DNA of 64,000 nucleotides. Origin: Eledone cirrhosa. Lineage: Eukaryota. The position numbers were made by a program, and so were the translations under genes. Below, one piece after another: positions 50,701 to 62,285 of the stretch. The DNA is taken from assembly GCA_964016885.1 (NCBI GenBank), contig OZ024756.1, positions 43,090,001-43,154,000 on the forward strand. The letters run 5' to 3'. The notes under the pieces were generated by a model that worked only from the letters and a program-made list of their open reading frames with translations, did not search any database and had not been told where the DNA came from. Numbering within the stretch: the first letter of the stretch is position 1; each line of letters opens with the position of its first letter.

Positions 50701-51839
50701 CACTAGAGACTGACATTGGACACACACAAGAGACAGATATTTTACACACACTAGAGAGAGACATTGGACACACACTAGAGACAGGCATTGGACACACACT
50801 AGAGAGAGACATTGGACACACACTAGAGACTGACATTGGACACACACTAGAGACAGACATTGTACACACACTAGAGACAGACATTGGACACACACTAGAG
50901 ACAGACATTAGACACGCACTAGAGACAGACATTGGACACACACTAGAGACAGACATTGGACACACACACGAAATACGGACATTGGACACACACTAGAGAC
51001 AGACATTAGACTCACACTAGAGACAGCCATTGGACACACACTAGAGACAGACATTGGACACACACTAGAGACAGACATTAGACACACACTAGAGACAGAC
51101 ATTGGACACACTAGAGACAGACATTGGACACAAGCTAGAGACAGACATTGGACACATACTAGAAACAGACATTGGACACACACTAGAGACAGACATTGGA
51201 CACACACTAGAGACAGACATTGGACACACACACGAAATACGGACATTGGACACACACTAGAGACAGACATTAGACACACACTAGAGACAGACATTGGACA
51301 CACACTAGAGACAGACATTGGACACACACTAGAGACAGATATTGGACATACACTAGAGACAGACATTGGACACACACTAGAGACAGACATTAGACACGCA
51401 CTAGAGACAGACATTGGACACACACTAGAGACAGACATTGGACACACACACGAAATACGGACATTGGACACACACTAGAGACAGACATCAGACACACACT
51501 AGAGACAGCCATTGGACACACACTAGGGACAGACATTGGACACACACTAGAGACAGACATTAGACACACACTAGAGACAGAGATTGGACACACTAGAGAC
51601 AGACATTGGACACACACTAGAGACAGACATTGGACACATACTAGAAACAGACATTGGACACACACTAGAGACAGACATTGGACACACACTAGAGACAGAC
51701 ATTGGACACACACTAGAGACAGACATTGGACACACACTAGAGACAGACATTAGACACACACTAGAGACAGACATTGGACACACACTTGAAACAGACATTG
51801 GACAGACACTAGAAACAGACATTGGACACACACTAGAGA

Positions 51840-54800
51840 CTGACATTGGACACACACAAGAGACAGACATTTTACACACACTAGAGAGAGACATTGGACA
51901 CACACTAGAGACAGGCATTGGACACACACTAAAGAGAGACATTGGACACACACTAGAGACAGACATTGGACACACACTAGAGACAGACATTGGACACACA
52001 CTAGAGATAAACATTAGACACGCACTAGAGACAGACATTGGACACACACTAGAGACAGACATTGGACACACACACGAAATACGGACATTGGACACACACT
52101 AGAGACAGACGTTAGACACACTAGAGACAGACATTGGACACACACTAGAGACAGACATTGGACACACACTAGAGACAGACATTGGACACACACCAGAGAC
52201 AGACATTAGACACACACTAGAGACAGACATTGTACACACACTAGAGACAGACATTGGACACACACGAGAGACAGACATTAGACACACACTAGAGACAGAC
52301 ATTGGACACACACTGGAGACAGACATTAGACACTCACTAGAGACAGACATTGGACACACACTAGATACAGATATTGGACACACACTAGAGACAGACATTG
52401 GACATACACTAGAGACAGACATTGGACACACACTACAGACAGACATTAGACACGCACTAGAGACAGACATTGGACACACACTAGAGACAGACATTGGACA
52501 CACACACGAAATACGGACATTGGACACACACTAGAGACAGACATTAGACACACACTAGAGACCGCCATTGGACACACACTAGAGACAGACATCGGACACA
52601 CACTAGAGACAGACATTAGACACACACTAGAGACAGACATTGGACACACTAGAGACAGACATTGGACACACACTAGAGACAGACATTGGACACACACTAG
52701 AGACAGACATTGGACACACACTAGAGACAGGCATTGGACACACACTAAAGAGAGACATGGGACACGCACTAGAGACAGACATTGGACACACACTAGAGAC
52801 TGACATTAGACACACACTAGAGACAGACATTGTACACACACTAGAGACAGACATTGGACACACACTAGAGACAGACATTAGACACGCACTAGAGACAGAC
52901 ATTGGACACACACTAGAGACAGACATTGGACACACACACGAAATACGGACATTGGACACACACTAGAGACAGACATTAGACACACACTAGAGGCAGCCAT
53001 TGGACACACACTAGAGACAGACATTGGACACACACTAGAGACAGACATTAGACACACACTAGAGACAGACATTGGACACACTAGAGACAGACATTGGACA
53101 CACACTAGAGACAGACATTGGACACATACTAGAAACAGACATTGGACACACACTAGAGACAGACATTGGACACACACTAGAGACAGACATTGGACACACA
53201 CTAGAGACAGGCATTGGACACACACTAAAGAGAGACATTGGACACGCACTAGAGACAGACATTGGACACACACTAGAGACTGACATTAGACACACACTAG
53301 AGACAGACATTGTACACACACTAGAGACAGACATTGGACACACACTAGAGACAGACATTGGACACACACTAGAGATAAACATTCGACACGCACTAGAGAC
53401 AGACATTGGACACACACTAGAGACAGACATTGGACACACACACGAAATACGGACATTGGACACACACTAGAGACGGACATTAGACACACACTAGAGACAG
53501 ACATTGGACACACACTAGAGACAGACATTGGACACACACTAGAGACAGACATTAGTCACACACTAGAGACAGACATTGGACACACACTAGAAACAGACAT
53601 TGGACACACACTAGAGACAGACATTTGACACACACTAGAGACTGACATTGGACACACACAAGAGACAGACATTTTACACACACTAGAGACTGACATTGGA
53701 CACACACAAGAGACAGACATTTTACACACACTAGAGAGAGACATTGGACACACACTAGAGACAGGCATTGGACACACACTAAAGAGAGACATTGGACACA
53801 CACTAGAGACAGACATTGGACACACACTAGAGACAGACATTGGACACACACTAGAGATAAACATTAGACACGCACTAGAGACAGACATTGGACACACACT
53901 AGAGACAGACATTGGACACACACACGAAATACGGACATTGGACACACACTAGAGACAGACGTTAGACACACTAGAGACAGACATTGGACACACACTAGAG
54001 ACAGACATTGGACACACACTAGAGACAGACATTGGACACACACCAGAGACAGACATTAGACACACACTAGAGACAGACATTGTACACACACTAGAGACAG
54101 ACATTGGACACACACGAGAGACAGACATTAGACACACACTAGAGACAGACATTGGACACACACTGGAGACAGACATTAGACACTCACTAGAGACAGACAT
54201 TGGACACACACTAGATACAGATATTGGACACACACTAGAGACAGACATTGGACATACACTAGAGACAGACATTGGACACACACTACAGACAGACATTAGA
54301 CACGCACTAGAGACAGACATTGGACACACACTAGAGACAGACATTGGACACACACACGAAATACGGACATTGGACACACACTAGAGACAGACATTAGACA
54401 CACACTAGAGACCGCCATTGGACACACACTAGAGACAGACATCGGACACACACTAGAGACAGACATTAGACACACACTAGAGACAGACATTGGACACACT
54501 AGAGACAGACATTGGACACACACTAGAGACAGACATTGGACACACACTAGAGACAGACATTGGACACACACTAGAGACAGGCATTGGACACACACTAAAG
54601 AGAGACATGGGACACGCACTAGAGACAGACATTGGACACACACTAGAGACTGACATTAGACACACACTAGAGACAGACATTGTACACACACTAGAGACAG
54701 ACATTGGACACACACTAGAGACAGACATTAGACACGCACTAGAGACAGACATTGGACACACACTAGAGACAGACATTGGACACACACACGAAATACGGAC

Positions 54801-55500
54801 ATTGGACACACACTAGAGACAGACATTAGACACACACTAGAGGCAGCCATTGGACACACACTAGAGACAGACATTGGACACACACTAGAGACAGACATTA
54901 GACACACACTAGAGACAGACATTGGACACACTAGAGACAGACATTGGACACACACTAGAGACAGACATTGGACACATACTAGAAACAGACATTGGACACA
55001 CACTAGAGACAGACATTGGACACACACTAGAGACAGACATTGGACACACACTAGAGACAGGCATTGGACACACACTAAAGAGAGACATTGGACACGCACT
55101 AGAGACAGACATTGGACACACACTAGAGACTGACATTAGACACACACTAGAGACAGACATTGTACACACACTAGAGACAGACATTGGACACACACTAGAG
55201 ACAGACATTGGACACACACTAGAGATAAACATTCGACACGCACTAGAGACAGACATTGGACACACACTAGAGACAGACATTGGACACACACACGAAATAC
55301 GGACATTGGACACACACTAGAGACGGACATTAGACACACACTAGAGACAGACATTGGACACACACTAGAGACAGACATTGGACACACACTAGAGACAGAC
55401 ATTAGTCACACACTAGAGACAGACATTGGACACACACTAGAAACAGACATTGGACACACACTAGAGACAGACATTTGACACACACTAGAGACTGACATTG
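51840..55500 (+). repeat. Tandem duplication, period 1850 bp
   Basis: ORF pairs 52099/53949, 52446/54296, 52627/54477, 52878/54728, 53059/54909 and 53286/55136 are identical at offset 1850. Confidence 0.93.
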
Positions 55501-57500
55501 GACACACACAAGAGACAGACATTGGACACACACAAGAGACAGACATTTTACACACACTAGAGAGACACATTGGACACACACTAGAGACAGGCATTGGACA
55601 CACACTAGAGACAGACATTGGACACACACTAGAGACAGATATTGGACACACACTAGAGACAGACATTGGACACACACTAGAGACAGACATTAGACACACA
55701 CTAGAGACGGACATTGGACACACACTAGAGACAGACATTGGACACACACACTAGAAACAGACATTGGACACACACTAGAGACTGACATTGGACACACACA
55801 AGAGACAGACATTTTTCACACACTAGAGAGAGTCATTGGACACACACTAGAGACAGACATTGGACACACACTAGAAAGAGACATTGGACACACACTAGAA
55901 ACAGACATTGGACACACACTAGAGACTGACATTGGACACACACAAGAGACAGACATTTTACACACACTAGAGAGAGACATTGGACACACACTAGAGACAG
56001 GCATTGGACACACACTAGAGAGAGACATTGGACACACACTAGAGACTGACATTGAACACACACTAGAGACAGACATTGTACACACACTAGAGACAGAGAT
56101 TGGACACACACTAGAGACAGACATTGGACACACACTAGAGACTGACATTGGACACACACACGAAATATGGACATTGGACACACACTAGAGATAGACATTA
56201 GACACACACTAGAGACAGACATTGGACACACTAGAGACAGACATTGGACACACACTAGAGACAGACATTGGACACATACTAGAAACAGACATTGGACACA
56301 CACTAGAGACAGACATTGGACACACACTAGAGACAGACATTGGACACACACTAGAGACAGGCATTGGACACACACTAAAGAGAGACATTGGACACGCACT
56401 AGAGACAGACATTGGACACACACTAGAGACTGACATTAGACACACACTAGAGACAGACATTGTACACACACTAGAGACAGACATTGGACACACACTAGAG
56501 ACAGACATTGGACACACACTAGAGATAAACATTCGACACGCACTAGAGACAGACATTGGACACACACTAGAGACAGACATTGGACACACACACGAAATAC
56601 GGACATTGGACACACACTAGAGACGGACATTAGACACACACTAGAGACAGACATTGGACACACACTAGAGACAGACATTGGACACACACTAGAGACAGAC
56701 ATTAGTCACACACTAGAGACAGACATTGGACACACACTAGAAACAGACATTGGACACACACTAGAGACAGACATTTGACACACACTAGAGACTGACATTG
56801 GACACACACAAGAGACAGACATTGGACACACACAAGAGACAGACATTTTACACACACTAGAGAGACACATTGGACACTCACTAGAGACAGGCATTGGACA
56901 CACACTAGAGACAGACATTGGACACACACTAGAGACAGATATTGGACACACACTAGAGACAGACATTGGACACACACTAGAGACAGACATTAGACACACA
57001 CTAGAGACGGACATTGGACACACACTAGAGACAGACATTGGACACACACACTAGAAACAGACATTGGACACACACTAGAGACTGACATTGGACACACACA
57101 AGAGACAGACATTTTTCACACACTAGAGAGAGTCATTGGACACACACTAGAGACAGACATTGGACACACACTAGAAAGAGACATTGGACACACACTAGAA
57201 ACAGACATTGGACACACACTAGAGACTGACATTGGACACACACAAGAGACAGACATTTTACACACACTAGAGAGAGACATTGGACACACACTAGAGACAG
57301 GCATTGGACACACACTAGAGAGAGACATTGGACACACACTAGAGACTGACATTGAACACACACTAGAGACAGACATTGTACACACACTAGAGACAGAGAT
57401 TGGACACACACTAGAGACAGACATTGGACACACACTAGAGACTGACATTGGACACACACACGAAATATGGACATTGGACACACACTAGAGATAGACATTA
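54900..57500 (+). repeat. Tandem duplication, period 1300 bp
   Basis: ORF pairs 54909/56209, 55136/56436, 55402/56702 and 55816/57116. The rare variant ATTTTTCACA is at 55811 and 57111. Confidence 0.92.
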
Positions 57501-60410
57501 GACACACACTAGAGACAGACATTGGACACACACTAGAGACAGACATTAGACACGCACTAGAGACAGACATTGGACACACACTAGAGACAGACATTAGACA
57601 CGCACTAGAGACAGACATTGGACACACACTAGAGACTGACATTGGACACACACAAGAGACAGACATTGGACACACACACGAAATACGGACATTGGACACA
57701 CACTAGAGACAGACATTAGACACACACTAGAGACAGACATTGGACACACACTAGAGACACACATTAGACCCACACTAGAGACAGACATTAGACACACACT
57801 AGAGTCAGACATTGGACACACACTAGAGACAGACATTGGACACACACTAGAGACTGACATTGGACACACACAAGAGACAGACATTTTACACACACTAGAG
57901 AGAGACATTGGACACACACTAGAGTCAGGCATTGGACACACACTAGAGACAGACATTGGACACACACTAGAGACAGACACTGGACACACATTAGAGACAG
58001 ACATTGGACACACACTAGAGACAGACATTGGACACACACTAGAGACAGACATTGGACACACACTAGAGACAGACATTGGACACACACACTAGAGACAGAC
58101 ATTGGACACACACTAGAAACAGACATTGGACACACACTAGAGACAGACATTGGACACACACACTAGAGTCAGACATTGGACACACACTAGAGACAGACAT
58201 TGGATACACACTAGAGACAGACATTGGACATACACTAGAGACAGACATTGGACACATACTAGAAACAGACATTGGACACACACTAGAGACAGACATTGGA
58301 CACACACTAGAGACAGACATTGGACACACACTAGAGACAGACATTGGACACACACTAGAGACAGACATTGGACACACACTAGAGACAGACATTAGACACA
58401 CACTAGAGACAGACATTGGACACACACTAGAAACAGACATTGGACACACACTAGAAACAGACATTGGACACACACTAGAGACTGACATTGGACACACAGA
58501 AGAGACAGACATTTTACACACACTAGAGAGAGTCATTGGACACACACTAGAGACAGACATTGGACACACATACTAGAGACAGACATTGGACACACACGAG
58601 AGACAGACATTAGACACACACTAGAGACAGACATTGGACACACATTAGATACAGAATTTGGACACACACTGGAGACAGACATTAGACACTCACTAGAGAC
58701 AGACATTGGACACACACTCGAGACTGACATTGGACACAAACTAGATACAGCCATTGGACACACACTAGAGACAGACATTGGACATACACTAGAGAGAGAC
58801 ATTGGACACACACTAGAGACAGACATTAGACACGCACTAGAGACAGACATTGGACACACACTAGAGACAGACATTAGACACACACTAGAGACAGACATTG
58901 GACACACTAGAGACAGACATTGGACACACACTAGAGACATACATTGGACACATACTAGAAACAGACATTGGACACACACTAGAGACAGACATTGGACACA
59001 CACAAGAGACAGGCATTGGACACACACTAGAGACAGACATTGGACACACACTAGAGACAGACATTAGACACACACTAGAGACAGACATTGGACACACACT
59101 AGAAACAGACATTGGACACACACTAGAAACAGACATTGGACACACACTAGAGACTGACATTGGACACACACAAGAGACAGATATTTTACACACACTAGAG
59201 AGAGACATTGGACACACACTAGAGACAGGCATTGGACACACACTAGAGAGAGACATTGGACACACACTAGAGACTGACATTGGACACACACTAGAGACAG
59301 ACATTGTACACACACTAGAGACAGACATTGGACACACACTAGAGACAGACATTAGACACGCACTAGAGACAGACATTGGACACACACTAGAGACAGACAT
59401 TGGACACACACACGAAATACGGACATTGGACACACACTAGAGACAGACATTAGACTCACACTAGAGACAGCCATTGGACACACACTAGAGACAGACATTG
59501 GACACACACTAGAGACAGACATTAGACACACACTAGAGACAGACATTGGACACACTAGAGACAGACATTGGACACAAGCTAGAGACAGACATTGGACACA
59601 TACTAGAAACAGACATTGGACACACACTAGAGACAGACATTGGACACACACTAGAGACAGACATTGGACACACACACGAAATACGGACATTGGACACACA
59701 CTAGAGACAGACATTAGACACACACTAGAGACAGACATTGGACACACACTAGAGACAGACATTGGACACACACTAGAGACAGATATTGGACATACACTAG
59801 AGACAGACATTGGACACACACTAGAGACAGACATTAGACACGCACTAGAGACAGACATTGGACACACACTAGAGACAGACATTGGACACACACACGAAAT
59901 ACGGACATTGGACACACACTAGAGACAGACATCAGACACACACTAGAGACAGCCATTGGACACACACTAGAGACAGACATTGGACACACACTAGAGACAG
60001 ACATTAGACACACACTAGAGACAGAGATTGGACACACTAGAGACAGACATTGGACACACACTAGAGACAGACATTGGACACATACTAGAAACAGACATTG
60101 GACACACACTAGAGACAGACATTGGACACACACTAGAGACAGACATTGGACACACACTAGAGACAGACATTGGACACACACTAGAGACAGACATTAGACA
60201 CACACTAGAGACAGACATTGGACACACACTAGAAACAGACATTGGACAGACACTAGAAACAGACATTGGACACACACTAGAGACTGACATTGGACACACA
60301 CAAGAGACAGACATTTTACACACACTAGAGAGAGACATTGGACACACACTAGAGACAGGCATTGGACACACACTAAAGAGAGACATTGGACACACACTAG
60401 AGACAGACAT
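57450..60410 (+). repeat. Dispersed copy of ~49000-51965 (offset 8444 bp; similarity extends a few hundred bp further left)
   Basis: ORF pairs 49023/57467, 49150/57594, 49619/58063, 50089/58533, 50441/58885, 50908/59352, 51390/59834 and 51571/60015. Confidence 0.92.
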
Positions 60411-62285
60411 TGGACACACACTAGAGAGAGACATTGGACACACACTAGAGACTGACATTGGACATACACTAGAGACAGACAATGTACACACACTAGAGAC
60501 AGACATTGGACACACACTAGAGACAGACATTGGACACACACTAGAGATAAACATTAGACACGCAAGATAGACAGACATTGGACACACACTAGAGACAGAC
60601 ATCAGACCCACACTAGAGACAGACATTAGACACACACTAGAAACAGACATTGGACAGACACTAGAGACAGACATTGGACACACACACGAAATAGGGACAT
60701 TGGACACACACTAGAGACAGACATTAGACACACACTAGAGACAGACGTTGGACACACACTAGAGACAGACATTGGACACACACTAGAAACAGACATTGGA
60801 CACACACTAGAGACAGACATTGGACACACACTAGAGACTGACATTGGACACACACAAGAGACAGACATTTTACACAGACTAGAGAGAGATATTGGACACA
60901 CACACTAGAGTCAGACATTGGACACACACTAGAGACAGACATTGGACACACACTAGAGACAGACATTGGACACACACTAGAGACAGACATTAGACCCACA
61001 CTAGAGACAGACATTAGACACACACTAGAGAGAGACATTGGACACACACACTAGAGTCAAACATTGGACACACACTAGAGACAAACATTGGACACACACT
61101 AGAGACAGATATTGGAGTCATACACTAGAGACAGACATTGGACACCAACTAGAGGCAGACATTAGACACACATTAGACACAGACATTGGACACACACTAG
61201 AGACAGACATTGGATACACACTAGAGACAGACATTGGACACACACTAGAGACAGACATCGGACACACACTAGAGACAGACATTGGACACACACTAGAAAC
61301 AGACATTGGACACACACTAGAGACAGACATTGGACACACACTAGAGACAGACATTGGACACACACACTAGAGACAGACATTGGACACACACTAGAAACAG
61401 ACGTTGGACACACACTAGAGACAGACATTGGACACACACTAGAGACAGACATTGGACACACACACTAGAGTCAGACATTGGACACACACTAGAGACAGAC
61501 ATTGGACACATACTAGAGACAGACATTGGACACACACTAGAGACAGACATTAGACCCACACTAGAGACAGACATTAGACACACACTAGAAACAGACATTG
61601 GACACACACTAGAGACAGACATTGGACACACACTAGAGACTGACATTGGACACACACAAGAGACAGACATTTTACACAGACTAGAGAGAGATATTGGACA
61701 CACACACTAGAGTCAGACATTGGACACACACTAGAGACAGACATTGGACACACACTAGAGACAGATATTGGAGTCACACACTAGAGACAGACATTGGACA
61801 CCAACTAGAGGCAGACATTAGACACACATTAGACACAGACATTGGACACACACTAGAGACAGACATTGGATACACACTAGAGACAGACATTAGACACACA
61901 CTAGAGACAGACATTGGACACACACACTAGAGACAGACATTGGACACACACTAGAAACAGACATTGGACACACACTAGAGACAGACATTGGACACACACA
62001 CTAGAGTCAGACATTGGACACACACTAGAGACAGACATTGGACACACACTAGAGACAGACATTGGACATACACTAGAGACAGACATTGGACACATACTAG
62101 AAACAGACATTGGACACACACTAGAGACAGACATTGGACACACACTAGAGACAGACATTGGACACACACTAGAGACAGACATTGGACACACACTAGAGAC
62201 AGACATTAGACACACACTAGAGACAGACATTGGACACACACTAGAAACAGACATTGGACACACACTAGAAACAGACATTGGACAC
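60410..62285 (+). repeat. Dispersed copy of ~45845-47710 (offset 14570 bp)
   Basis: ORF pairs 46056/60626, 46154/60724, 46468/61038, 46771/61341, 47124/61694 and 47331/61901. Private variants AATGTAC (45911/60481), CGCAAGATAG (45991/60561) and GAAATAGGG are shared. Confidence 0.92.
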
